Assembly (NCBI GenBank): GCA_043827405.1
Contig: JBDRPD010000003.1
Span: 93,914 to 157,913 of the forward strand
Reading direction: 5' to 3'
Length of the DNA: 64,000 nucleotides
Origin: Elusimicrobiota bacterium
GTDB taxonomy: Bacteria > Elusimicrobiota > Elusimicrobia > UBA1565
This document shows, in pieces, positions 1 to 9,059 of this stretch. Both the position numbers and the translations under genes were made by a program. Under the pieces are notes generated by a model, which worked only from the letters and a program-made list of their open reading frames with translations, was not told the DNA's origin and did not search any database. Every line of letters begins with the position of its first letter. The first letter of the stretch is position 1.

Positions 1-597
1 CGGACGGTCGTCGCCGCCCCAGGCCGCGCGCTCGGCCTCGACAACGCGCGCCAGCGCGCGCGCGGTGCGGTCCACCGCGGGGTAAATGTCGCGCAGGCGG
101 CGCAGGGTCGCTTTGGCGGGGGCGTCATCGAGAATGGAGGCGAAGCGGTCGCGCGCTTCGGAGGCCCATTGCGGGTAGGGGCCGTTGAGGAAATTCTCGG
201 CCTGCCGCCGCTCGCGCAGCAAGCTTTCAGCGGCGTCGCTGCGCAGGGCCTTGTCGATGGACTGCAGCATGTCCAGCGCCAGTCCGGTTCCGGCGCGCAG
301 GGTGGACAGTTCGTCTTCGGCGACATCGGGCACATCCTGCTCGGCCGCCGCTTCCGGCGGCTTCGGCGGTCCCGTCAGGAACTCGACATGGCGTACACCC
401 TGCCCTTTCTGCAGCAGCATCTGTTCCACCGAGTACTGGATCGCCCGCAGGTCTTCCTCGGTGGTGTTGGAAAGCGGTTTATGCAGCAGCTCGACCACGC
501 CGAAGTCGGCGTCAAAGAAATAGACCTCGATCGCCGCGCCCGAGGCTTCGATATAAGGACGCATGCGTTTGATGATATCGTCGGCGGTTTCTTTCAT
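1..597 (-). CDS. Hypothetical protein running off the window edge; N-terminus resembles a NifU C-terminal-like domain without CxxC
   Basis: Manual translation from ATG at 597: MKETADDIIKRMRPYIEASGAAIEVYFFDADFGVVELL..., open to position 1; not in the ORF track because no stop lies in the window. Confidence 0.6.
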   Translation of the reverse strand, partial: MKETADDIIKRMRPYIEASGAAIEVYFFDADFGVVELLHKPLSNTTEEDLRAIQYSVEQMLLQKGQGVRHVEFLTGPPKPPEAAAEQDVPDVAEDELSTLRAGTGLALDMLQSIDKALRSDAAESLLRERRQAENFLNGPYPQWASEARDRFASILDDAPAKATLRRLRDIYPAVDRTARALARVVEAERAAWGGDDRP

Positions 598-725
598 GAC
601 TCGGCGCACAACGGGGGTCCGGAGTACGGAAGGTCAGCTGAATCTAGTGTATGCGGTATTCGCGGCGCGCGCAAGGCCCACCGGGGGTGACCAATGACGG
701 GTGGCGGGAAATCGCGGGCCGAGCT

Positions 726-1619
726 ATGATATCGGGCATGGTTATCGATTTCGCGGCCGTTTGCGACGTCGGCCCGGTGCGCAGCGAGAATCAGGATCGC
801 TACGTGGTCTCGGATTTTGCGATTACGTTTACCGCTACCCAAAGCAGCAAGCTCCGTATCGGCGAGCAATCCGACGAAGTGCTCCTGGCCGTGGCCGACG
901 GCATGGGCGGAGTCGCCGGCGGCGCGCAGGCCGCGGAGGTCGCGCTCGAGACGATCGCGGCGGACTATATCGAATATGCCGATACCCGCAGCACCCAGGA
1001 CGCGCTGTCGGGCGCGATCGAGGCGGCGCATCACGCCGTCCGCGACCGCGCTGATGAACAAGGCCTGACGGGCATGGGGACTACCGCCACGGTCGTTCTG
1101 CTGCGGGGCGACATGCTGTATCTGGCGCATGTTGGGGACTCGCGCGCCTACTTGTACCGCGGCCGCGAGCTGGTTCGGCTGACGACCGATCACGGCTATT
1201 GGTCGAAGCTGCGCGGCTACGATGGAGACGACGTCCGGAACCTGGCGGGAGGCAATGTCCTGGCGCAGTGCGTCGGCGGCATCGCCGAAAGCGTCCTGGT
1301 GGAGGTGTCCCAGGTCGAGCTTTGCCGCGGCGACCGGCTGCTGCTGTGCTCGGACGGCCTGCACGGCGTAGTCGACCAGGACGATATTCGCCGTCGTATG
1401 GCGGGCGGGGGTCCGTCGTGGACGGCCGGCGCGCTGCACATGGCGGCGCTCGCCGCCGCGACCCAGGACAACGTGACCGCCGTGGTCGCCCACCTGATCG
1501 ATGAGGAGCTGCCGGAAGCCGCGGAGGGGGAGACGATCCGCCTCGAGCCCGTGGTCGAGGTGGTCTACGATAAAAAGACGCACAACTTGGTCCGCCGGAT
1601 CGTCTCGGGCGTGGACTAA
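726..1619 (+). CDS. PP2C/PPM-family Ser/Thr protein phosphatase (PrpC/Stp1-like)
   Basis: Motifs DVGPVRSENQD, AVADGMGG, GMGTT, AHVGDSRAY, LLLCSDGL, DNVT; start at 726 or 738. Confidence 0.93.
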   Translation: MISGMVIDFAAVCDVGPVRSENQDRYVVSDFAITFTATQSSKLRIGEQSDEVLLAVADGMGGVAGGAQAAEVALETIAADYIEYADTRSTQDALSGAIEAAHHAVRDRADEQGLTGMGTTATVVLLRGDMLYLAHVGDSRAYLYRGRELVRLTTDHGYWSKLRGYDGDDVRNLAGGNVLAQCVGGIAESVLVEVSQVELCRGDRLLLCSDGLHGVVDQDDIRRRMAGGGPSWTAGALHMAALAAATQDNVTAVVAHLIDEELPEAAEGETIRLEPVVEVVYDKKTHNLVRRIVSGVD

Positions 1620-1632
1620 AGCCGGTGCGGCG

Positions 1633-1656
1633 GCAACTGTTGCCGGCAACAGTTGC
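1633..1656. repeat. Perfect 24-bp palindrome (possible terminator or operator)
   Basis: GCAACTGTTGCCGGCAACAGTTGC equals its own reverse complement; lies just after the phosphatase stop. Confidence 0.6.
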
Positions 1657-1709
1657 TAAAAAACCGCTCCGCGCGCATATTTCCCGCGAAGGTTTGATAA
1701 GATAGGTCC

Positions 1710-2573
1710 GTGAGCGAGGACAAGCCCGCCGGAATCTGGGTCCGCTACGTGGCGCATTGCATTGATGTCGCCGTTTTCGCGCTGGTCTGCGCCGCCGCCT
1801 TCTTCTTTCTCGGCCTGCTCCAATACCTGTTCGGTTTCGGCGACGCGCTGGCGGGCTTCCTGTTTCTCGCCGTCTGCGCCCTTCTATGGGGCATCAACTG
1901 GATCTACTATTTCCTCTGGCACTGGAACGGCGGGCAGACCCTCGGCAAGCGCTGGCTCGGGCTCATGGTCGTGGGCGATGCGCATCCTTTGCTCGACTTT
2001 CGCCAGGCCAACCGGCGCTGGCTCGCCTATCATCTAACCTATTTGACCCTGGGTATCGGCTTCATCGCCGCCGCCTTCCGTGACGGCAAGCGCGCCCTGC
2101 ACGACGGTTTCGCCGGCACCCGGGTGATCCATGTCGACCCCCGCCGGATTTGGCTCGAGATTCTCGCCGTGCTTCTGCTGGGCCTGCTGCCGCTGCTGAT
2201 GCCGCTGATGATCGTCAATACGGCGTGGTCGACTTATAAGTACTACTTCACGGTGCAGCCCGATCTCGTCGAGATCGCGGCGCGCAACTCGCTGGGGGCG
2301 CTGCGGGAGTCCGTCTACCGCTACCGGCTGGATACCGGGGCCTTTCCCCCGCAGCTCGACGCCCAAACCTTTCAGGGCAAGGACGGCTATGTGGAAGTTA
2401 TCCCGCCGTTGGACCTTTCACATCATGGGCACGCGGTCGACAACAGTGTAGTGCGCGGGCCGCGGGTGATTGAAGACAGCGGCCGCTGGGTTTACGATCC
2501 CGAAAGAGGGCAGGTCTTTATCGACTGCTCTCATACCGACATAAACGGCGCCACCATTTACAACGGCTGGTAG
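1710..2573 (+). CDS. RDD-family membrane protein fused to a C-terminal pilin/pseudopilin-like globular domain
   Basis: WVRYVAHCID, GQTLGKRWLGLMVV and KRALHDGFAGTRV (RDD); C-terminal SLGALRESVYRYRLDTGAFP...DSGRWVYD...VFIDCSHTD resembles GspG-like heads. Confidence 0.8.
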   Translation: MSEDKPAGIWVRYVAHCIDVAVFALVCAAAFFFLGLLQYLFGFGDALAGFLFLAVCALLWGINWIYYFLWHWNGGQTLGKRWLGLMVVGDAHPLLDFRQANRRWLAYHLTYLTLGIGFIAAAFRDGKRALHDGFAGTRVIHVDPRRIWLEILAVLLLGLLPLLMPLMIVNTAWSTYKYYFTVQPDLVEIAARNSLGALRESVYRYRLDTGAFPPQLDAQTFQGKDGYVEVIPPLDLSHHGHAVDNSVVRGPRVIEDSGRWVYDPERGQVFIDCSHTDINGATIYNGW

Positions 2574-2582
2574 GCGTTCCCC

Positions 2583-3125
2583 TCAGGTCTTCAGCTGGAA
2601 GGTCTTTTTCGCGTGCGCGAAATCGGCGCGGTATTTCTCGAACACCTTGCTGTTGGCGCGATATTCGAGCACGAAGTAGGCGGCGGGCGCGTCGATGACG
2701 ACCCCCTCGGCGCGCATGGGGATGCTGAGGTCTTCGATCTGGTATTGGTACTCGGTTACATAGACGCGCGCCTCGAAGCCCGCGAACTTCGCCGGTTCGA
2801 CGCCCGGGAGCTTGGTCGTGAACAGGGCCCGCTCCAAATCGGAGCGGTCTGCGCCTTTCTTTACCCGGGTTAGCGAGATATAGGCGCCGAGGATGACGCC
2901 CTCGTGCTGGGGGAGGCTCTCGGCGATAAAGCGCGTGAAGGCGGGGCCGTTGGGCGCGCCGCCCAGGCCGTTCCAGCGGGCGCCGAACTGCCGCCAATCC
3001 TTCGGCACTTCGAGGCTCAGGTTCTCCTCCGCAACGCGGTAGCCCGCGTACTCCGAGCCGGCGGGCTTGGCGCAGCCGCTGAAGAGGAAAGTGCCGAGCA
3101 GCGCCGGCAGGATCAGCCTTCGCAT
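2583..3125 (-). CDS. Putative lipoprotein
   Basis: MRRLILPALLGTFLFSGC lipobox. Confidence 0.7.
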   Translation of the reverse strand: MRRLILPALLGTFLFSGCAKPAGSEYAGYRVAEENLSLEVPKDWRQFGARWNGLGGAPNGPAFTRFIAESLPQHEGVILGAYISLTRVKKGADRSDLERALFTTKLPGVEPAKFAGFEARVYVTEYQYQIEDLSIPMRAEGVVIDAPAAYFVLEYRANSKVFEKYRADFAHAKKTFQLKT

Positions 3126-3138
3126 GGTCAAAGGATAC

Positions 3139-4041
3139 CTATTTCTTCATCGTCCCGAGCCTTATTCCCAGCTGTTCGAGCCGGTCTTTGGCTTCTAGCC
3201 GCGCGAGCTGCCTGGGCGGGAGCGCGCCGGCGCCGTTGCGCGCCCCCCACAAGCCGCCCGCCATGGCGCCGATGGTGTCGGTATCGCCGCCGAGCGAAAT
3301 GACAAACTCCATCATGGCGGCGAAGTCGTCGTGATGCCGGCAGAAGGCGTAGACGGCGGTGACCGCTGATTCGTGGGCCCGGACCGAACTGCCGAGCTCT
3401 CCGCGGACCGCCGCCGGCTCCGGCGCTCCGTCAAGAAGTTCGCCGGCGCGCGCCAGCCGGCGGCGATACTCCTCGTGTCCGGCCCGGGTGAGAAGTTCGG
3501 CGATAAAGTTCCGGGCGCTGAACGGTTCGCACAGGGCGAGCGCCGTCGCCCGCGCGATGAGGACCCCGCCCTCGACGCCGAGCGGGTGGGTATGGGTGAT
3601 GGCGGCGGCCTCGGCGGCCGCGCGCTCCAGGGCCGCCGCGTCGCGGCGATAAAATAGTCCGAGCGGGGCCGCCCGCATGGCCGCGCCGTTGCCGAAAGAT
3701 CCGTCGGGGAAGACATTTTTATTGGCGTTCCGCCAGTCGGCTCCGCCGCGGATCAGCTTGAGCATCTTGGCCGCGCCCGGTCCGTAGCCGCGCGACCATT
3801 CCATGGCCGCGGCCCAGCTCGCGGCCAGGCGGTCGGCGTCGAGTCCGGCGTTCTCGAGCAGCGATTCGGCCAACACCATGGCCATCTGGGTGTCGTCGGT
3901 CCAGCGCAGGTCCTCGCCGGAGACGGCCACGATCGCCTTCCAGGCGGCGCGCTCCATGAGGCTTCCTTCGTAGGGGGCGCCCAAGGCGTCCCCGAGCGCC
4001 AGGCCGAGCATAGCGCCGGCGCAGCGTCGCGGGATATCCAT
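3139..4041 (-). CDS. ADP-ribosylglycohydrolase (DraG/ARH family)
   Basis: GLALGDALG, WTDDTQM, GNGAAMRAAP, GGDTDTIGAMAG motifs. Confidence 0.93.
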   Translation of the reverse strand: MDIPRRCAGAMLGLALGDALGAPYEGSLMERAAWKAIVAVSGEDLRWTDDTQMAMVLAESLLENAGLDADRLAASWAAAMEWSRGYGPGAAKMLKLIRGGADWRNANKNVFPDGSFGNGAAMRAAPLGLFYRRDAAALERAAAEAAAITHTHPLGVEGGVLIARATALALCEPFSARNFIAELLTRAGHEEYRRRLARAGELLDGAPEPAAVRGELGSSVRAHESAVTAVYAFCRHHDDFAAMMEFVISLGGDTDTIGAMAGGLWGARNGAGALPPRQLARLEAKDRLEQLGIRLGTMKK

Positions 4042-4053
4042 GCGGGTGGAGTG

Positions 4054-4380
4054 CTACTTAAGGATGGCCAGCCAGTCTTTGAACAGCTCGGCCGACATGC
4101 GCGCGCCGGCCTGTTCCTGGTTCTCGCGTTCCTCGGCCGTGAAGTTGTTCATGAGGAAGCTTTCCCACTGGGTGCTCACGTCGTCGGCGATCTTGAAGGC
4201 TTTCTGGGTGAGCGGATCGGCCTTCTCGCGCTGCTTGCCCTCGGCGTGCTCCCACCAGAAACGGTAGCACCAATGGACGATCGCCTCATGTGAGTGCTTC
4301 GACTTCGCCTTGGCCCCTTCCGTGAGGACCTTCTTGAAGTTTTTTACGTTGAGCGGCAGTTTAATCTCGTCGTCCGGCAT
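4054..4380 (-). CDS. Hypothetical protein
   Basis: Plausible codon usage, co-oriented with the ARH gene; ATG at 4380. Confidence 0.6.
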   Translation of the reverse strand: MPDDEIKLPLNVKNFKKVLTEGAKAKSKHSHEAIVHWCYRFWWEHAEGKQREKADPLTQKAFKIADDVSTQWESFLMNNFTAEERENQEQAGARMSAELFKDWLAILK

Positions 4381-4497
4381 GGGCGTGAAACGATTCCTCC
4401 CGGGATTTGTCAGCATTGGTGTATAAATTTGCGAGCAATAATTCAACTACCTTGCCGCAAATCCGTCGTTTGAGTACAGTATTACTAGTGACGGCAG

Positions 4498-5619
4498 ATG
4501 AGTGTTGAGATCCATTATTACGACGACGCCCCGGCCTGGAAGATCCTGGCTTCCGACCCCGCCCGCTTCAAAGGCGTCAATTATGATTTGGAGATCAAGC
4601 TCTTCCGCCTGCCCGAAGGGGGGTTGGTCGGCGTCTGGCTGCGCCTGTACGATGTCCCGGACCAGCCGTTCTTTCTGCACCGGGTGCTTGATCCATCCGA
4701 CGCGACGATCGGGGCTTATCTGGACGCGCTCGGCAAGACCGGCAAGCTGATGCTTATCTTTGAAAGCCCGGGCGAGCAGGAAGGATTTGTCGTCGAGCTG
4801 CCGGTCGATTCCCGCGGTCTCCGCGAGGTCCTCGCGGGCGCGCGCTCGCACAACGAGGCGTTGGGCGAGACGGCGCACGGCGAAAATGCCGTAGCGGAAT
4901 TCCTGAAGATCTTCAGCCCCGCGCTGAAGGAGGAGAAGAGCGTGGCGGCGGCCTGGGAGAGGGTGCGTCAAGAGCGGCCCTATGTCCCGCCGGCGCCGCC
5001 GCCGGAGGCTCCGGCGGTAAGCACTTGGGGGGGAATCGTGAAGCTGCTCCTGGGGGCCGTCCTCTGCATCGGGGGGAACTTCTTCTTCCGATCGCTGACG
5101 CCGCTGGCGGACAACGCGGCCCTCGAGAATAAGGTCGTTCGTCCCGGCTATGCGGTCAAGATTTACCTCGGCAAGAGCCTGCGCTCGATCGGCGGCCGCT
5201 GGAGCGGCGAGGCGCCGGTGTTTACGGTCGAGGAGGGAGAGCAGAGCTTCATCGATTCGGTGAAGACGCATTCCGACAGCTGGGAAGGGCGGCTGACCGA
5301 GATGCATGAGCGCAAAAGCGACCCGCCCGCGTTCAGACCCTATATCGAGGTGCGCCTTAAGGACACCCCGGACCTCTCCGGCAAAACTCTCAACGGTACC
5401 GCCTCTTTGCGCGGAGTCTATCCGGTATTCTCCGGCGTCGTCTACAAGGAGATGTCGGGCACCTGGAGTAAAAAAGTTTCGTTTACCGTATTCACTTTTC
5501 CGCAGTTCCTTCTCGCGCGAGCGGCGCCGGTGCTGCTGACGGCGGGGATATTCCTGGTGGTGCTGACCTTGCTGGCGGTTTACGGCCGGCTGAAGGAAGA
5601 GTCTAATCCAGACGAATGA
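4498..5619 (+). CDS. Hypothetical membrane protein
   Basis: 373-aa ORF with two hydrophobic segments and a Pro-rich linker. Confidence 0.65.
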   Translation: MSVEIHYYDDAPAWKILASDPARFKGVNYDLEIKLFRLPEGGLVGVWLRLYDVPDQPFFLHRVLDPSDATIGAYLDALGKTGKLMLIFESPGEQEGFVVELPVDSRGLREVLAGARSHNEALGETAHGENAVAEFLKIFSPALKEEKSVAAAWERVRQERPYVPPAPPPEAPAVSTWGGIVKLLLGAVLCIGGNFFFRSLTPLADNAALENKVVRPGYAVKIYLGKSLRSIGGRWSGEAPVFTVEEGEQSFIDSVKTHSDSWEGRLTEMHERKSDPPAFRPYIEVRLKDTPDLSGKTLNGTASLRGVYPVFSGVVYKEMSGTWSKKVSFTVFTFPQFLLARAAPVLLTAGIFLVVLTLLAVYGRLKEESNPDE

Positions 5620-6523
5620 GGGCTTTTTCCCGGTAGGGAGTCGGCGTCGTCGACAGGCTGATCTTCCGGCCGACCAAGGCGGGCGAGGGGATCTTGCCGA
5701 TACGGCCGTCCTGCGCGTCCTCGTGATTGGCGATATCCAGGTCGGCTAGAATCTTGAGCCGGATCACCGCGACCTTGGTCACTTCGGGCGGCACTTCGAA
5801 AAAGGGCGTGAATTCCTCCTCGTCTCCGATGCGGTACTGGATCAGACCGCGCCAGGGTCCGGGCACAATCTCAATCTCGCTGACGCCGCGGACAGCGGCG
5901 TCGGCCAGCAGCGCATCGACGAAATCCACGATCGGCATGTCGGCTTGGTCTTCGCTGCCTTCTTCCTCCTCCCGGCACTTGACGTTGTCGTCCAGCCGTG
6001 TCGACAGTTCGGCCTCAAAGCCCTGGATGGCGTTGCAGTCCTCGAAAGTTACCTGGAAGTGAAAGGTCTTTTTCTCGGCGAGATCGGCGTGCCGCAGCAG
6101 CTCCTCGATATCGGGGTCTCCCAGCGCGGGCCTAAGGCTGTCGGCGAGCTGCTTAAGCTCGCGGAGCAGGGGACGGTAGTCCGTGAGGGAATCCTCGAGC
6201 CATACAAAGTCCTCGAGGTCCCAATAGTCGATGGTCTTGAGGGCTACGTCCTTGCCGGCGCAGTACTCGTACTGGCACAGCCGCACCAGGGCGCGCATGA
6301 TGCGATCGATGTGGAGATAGGCGGTCTTGAGGTCCGCAAGTTGATCGCTTTCCGCTTTTGCGGCCGCGAGTTTATACCAGTCATCGTAGGGCCCGGCCAA
6401 AAAAAGCTGACCCTGCTCGGCCTCGAAGCCGCCGTTGGTGATGTCCCGGTTGACGTAGGCCATCAGCGTCTTCACGTTGCCGAGAATAAATTCCAGGCCG
6501 GCCTGCAGCTTGGCGTTGGACAT
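5603..6523 (-). CDS. Hypothetical protein ending in a GspE/PilB N2-like domain with no ATPase domain
   Basis: PIVDFVDALLADAAVRGVSEIEIVP...IQYRIG...RLKILADLDIANHEDAQDGRI...STTPTPYREKALIRL matches the PilB/GspE segment preceding the ATPase; no Walker A. Confidence 0.7.
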   Translation of the reverse strand: MSNAKLQAGLEFILGNVKTLMAYVNRDITNGGFEAEQGQLFLAGPYDDWYKLAAAKAESDQLADLKTAYLHIDRIMRALVRLCQYEYCAGKDVALKTIDYWDLEDFVWLEDSLTDYRPLLRELKQLADSLRPALGDPDIEELLRHADLAEKKTFHFQVTFEDCNAIQGFEAELSTRLDDNVKCREEEEGSEDQADMPIVDFVDALLADAAVRGVSEIEIVPGPWRGLIQYRIGDEEEFTPFFEVPPEVTKVAVIRLKILADLDIANHEDAQDGRIGKIPSPALVGRKISLSTTPTPYREKALIRLD

Positions 6524-6564
6524 GTCCGCTAAGTTTAAGTGGAAAACGCGGTCTTTTCAAGTTT

Positions 6565-6645
6565 AGATAAGGTGCCAGGCAGGTTATCTAAAGCTAGTAC
6601 TAACTCAGCCTGATCTCTTCAGATAACCTGCCTGGCACCTTATCT
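6565..6645. repeat. REP doublet (REPIN-like): perfect 25-bp inverted repeat with a 31-bp spacer
   Basis: AGATAAGGTGCCAGGCAGGTTATCT (6565-6589) and its exact reverse complement (6621-6645); the same motif flanks the Y1 transposase. Confidence 0.88.
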
Positions 6646-6669
6646 GGGCAAATTGGTAGAATAGCGCCG

Positions 6670-7623
6670 ATGTTGGCCATTCCTGCCGTCGACGAATCCC
6701 TGGAACGCGTACGCGAAGGGTTGGAGCGCCGAGTCGTCACCCTCGGGGGACGCGTCGGCGATCATTTGGCCGAATATATCGGCCGCCCGGGCAAGATGCT
6801 GCGCGCGCGTTATACTTTGCTGCTGGGCGCCGCGCTGGGCGCGGACCAGGGCTTGTGCGAGAAAGTCGCCCGCGCCGTGGAACTGGTGCACAACGCCTCG
6901 CTGCTGCACGATGACTGCATCGACGAGGCCCTGCTGCGCCGCGGAGTGCCGACCCCTAACGCCCGCTTCGGCGACCGCACCGGCATCCTGCTGGGCGACC
7001 TGGCCTTCACCGAGGGGATGGCGGAGGCGGCCGCGGTCTCTCCCCAGGCGGTGGCCGAACTGGTGCGGGCCGTGCGTGAGATGACGGTGGGCGAGCTTCA
7101 GGAGGAGTACCTCTGCGGCAGCCTCAACGTCTCGCTGGAAGGCTACTACGGCGTCGCCGTGCGCAAGACCGCGGCGCTTTTTGACTGGGCGGGGCGCGCC
7201 CTGTCGGGTTGCTCGCCGCTTGAACATGACCGGGAGAACCCGGCCAAGCTCGGCCGCTCGGCCGGCATCCTGCTGCAGATCATCGACGACATTCATGACT
7301 ACACCCTGGATGAGGATACCGCGGGCAAGGATCCCGGCCAGGATTTCGCCAACGGCCGGCTGACTTTACCGGCGATCCTGGCCTTGGACGACGAGGAGAC
7401 GCGTCCGCGCTTTCTGGAACTGTGGCAGAGCCGGGCGCGCGACCCGGAGGCCTTCGACAAGGCGCTCGCGCTGCTGCAGGAACGCGGCCATCTCGAAGCG
7501 GCGCGCGGCATCGCGCGCGAGATCATGGAGGGCATGATCCCCATGGCGGAAGCGCTGCCCGAGCGCGAGGCGGCCGGCCGGATGAAGGAATTTTTGCAGC
7601 TGCTGTTCGCGCGGGAGTTCTGA
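6670..7623 (+). CDS. Polyprenyl diphosphate synthase (trans-IPPS, probably long chain)
   Basis: GKMLR, FARM HNASLLHDDCID..LRRG, KTAALF, SARM QIIDDIHD, GKD.GQDF.NG..TLP; small residue upstream of the FARM suggests a long product. Confidence 0.93.
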   Translation: MLAIPAVDESLERVREGLERRVVTLGGRVGDHLAEYIGRPGKMLRARYTLLLGAALGADQGLCEKVARAVELVHNASLLHDDCIDEALLRRGVPTPNARFGDRTGILLGDLAFTEGMAEAAAVSPQAVAELVRAVREMTVGELQEEYLCGSLNVSLEGYYGVAVRKTAALFDWAGRALSGCSPLEHDRENPAKLGRSAGILLQIIDDIHDYTLDEDTAGKDPGQDFANGRLTLPAILALDDEETRPRFLELWQSRARDPEAFDKALALLQERGHLEAARGIAREIMEGMIPMAEALPEREAAGRMKEFLQLLFAREF

Positions 7624-8075
7624 TGGGGTCCCGCTACCAGAAGTTGGTGCGCAATGCCTGGAAGTCGGGCCAGTACAAGGCGGAGACCGGCGGCGCCGAA
7701 GACGGCGGCGGCGGCGACGCCGCGAACCTGCGGACCCTGCTGCGCTCGAGAATGGAGTGGATCGTGGAGCGTGAGGCGTACGAATTCAAGGGGGCCGAGC
7801 TTCAGCCCAAGGAGAAACCTGCGATGAAATTGGCGCAATATGTGAAGTACCGCGAAGAGAAGTTCGGCGGCGTGCTCTTTGAGACCCGTTCGGAGAAGGT
7901 GTTCACTTTGAGCCCGACCGGTTCGGCGATCGTCAAGGAGATCGTGGCCGGCGGCACCAGCGAGGAGATCGCCTCGCGCCTGAAGGATAAGTACCAGGAT
8001 AAAAACAGCGCGATCGAGAAAGAGGTCGCCGAATTTATCGGCTCGCTGAAGGAAAAAGGCCTGGTCACCGAGTAA
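7623..8075 (+). CDS. PqqD/MftB-like RiPP recognition element, possibly with a 67-aa N-terminal extension
   Basis: From ATG 7824 (AAGGAG RBS): VKYREEKFGGVLFETRSEKVFTLSPTGSAIVKEI..G.TSEEIASRL..KY...IEKEVAEFIGSLKEKGLV, a PqqD-type pattern; in-frame upstream ATG at 7623 overlaps the previous stop (TGATG). Confidence 0.88.
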   Translation: MGSRYQKLVRNAWKSGQYKAETGGAEDGGGGDAANLRTLLRSRMEWIVEREAYEFKGAELQPKEKPAMKLAQYVKYREEKFGGVLFETRSEKVFTLSPTGSAIVKEIVAGGTSEEIASRLKDKYQDKNSAIEKEVAEFIGSLKEKGLVTE

Positions 8076-9059
8076 GTGGAAACGGCCAAGAAAGCCCTGC
8101 CCTCGGAGAGCCCGGCCGATACCGGCACGGGGGATCTCGGCGCGCCCCTCTATGTCGCCTGGCAGATAACCAATGAGTGCAACTTGGCCTGCCTGCACTG
8201 CATCGAGGAGAGCGGCCCGGGCAAGGCATTCAAGGACGAGCTGCCGAAAGACAAGGTCTTCGCTGTGCTCAAGGAGCTGCTCGACGCCGAGGTTCCGTAC
8301 CTGGCGTTTTCGGGCGGCGAGCCGATGATGCATCCGCACTTTTTCGAGATGGTCGAGTTCGTTACCCGGGGCGGCTCCGAGCTGAAGGTCGAGACCAATG
8401 CGCATCTGCTTGACCGCGACGCCTGCCGGCGTCTGGCCGGCTGCGGCATCCGCGCCGCCCAGGTCAGCATGGACGGCGCTTCCGCCGAGACCTATCAGCG
8501 CCTGCGCGCTCGCGGCAGCTTCGACAAGATGCTGGAGGGCGTGCGCGGCCTCAAGGACGCGGGTGTTCCTATCGAAATCAACTACTCGCCGACCAAGTTC
8601 AACGCCGGAGAGATTTCCCGCGCCGTCGACCTCGCCTACGAGCTCGGGGCCGAGAGCTTCTTTACCGGGCGCACCATGTACACCGGCAATGCCGTGCGCG
8701 CCTGGGACCATATCGCTCCTTCCGCCGAGCAGTATGAACGCTTCTTCGCGGATCTGCGCGCGGCTTGCGACAAGTACGAGGGGAAGCTGCGCGTTCACTA
8801 CCACGAGATGGGACTCGTTGAGGAGCTGCGCTACCGCATCAAGCATCCGGCGGCCCTCTTCATTGTTCTGCCCAACGGCTTGGTCAAGCTTATCAACGCC
8901 CTGCCCTTCGTCTGCGGCGACCTGCGCGAGGACTCGGTGCTCGAGGTGTGGCGGAACTTCCAAACCGCCTGGAAAAATCCCCAGGTCGCGGAGTTCGTCG
9001 AGTCTCTGGCGGCCGAACCCAAGCTGACCTCGGAGCTGCATAAATGGGTGCGATTGTAA
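8076..9059 (+). CDS. Radical SAM enzyme 1, MftC/PqqE-like
   Basis: APLYVAWQITNECNLACLHC, FSGGEP, ETNA, QVSMDGA; GTG start abuts the RRE stop. Confidence 0.93.
   Translation: METAKKALPSESPADTGTGDLGAPLYVAWQITNECNLACLHCIEESGPGKAFKDELPKDKVFAVLKELLDAEVPYLAFSGGEPMMHPHFFEMVEFVTRGGSELKVETNAHLLDRDACRRLAGCGIRAAQVSMDGASAETYQRLRARGSFDKMLEGVRGLKDAGVPIEINYSPTKFNAGEISRAVDLAYELGAESFFTGRTMYTGNAVRAWDHIAPSAEQYERFFADLRAACDKYEGKLRVHYHEMGLVEELRYRIKHPAALFIVLPNGLVKLINALPFVCGDLREDSVLEVWRNFQTAWKNPQVAEFVESLAAEPKLTSELHKWVRL

Noticed and set aside
7422..7622. ORF-track start at 7422 for the RRE gene
   Set aside because: Overlaps the synthase by 200 bp; 7623 or 7824 are better supported
7299..9041. 580-aa minus-strand ORF across the biosynthetic operon
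   Set aside because: Antisense to well-supported genes; no recognisable features
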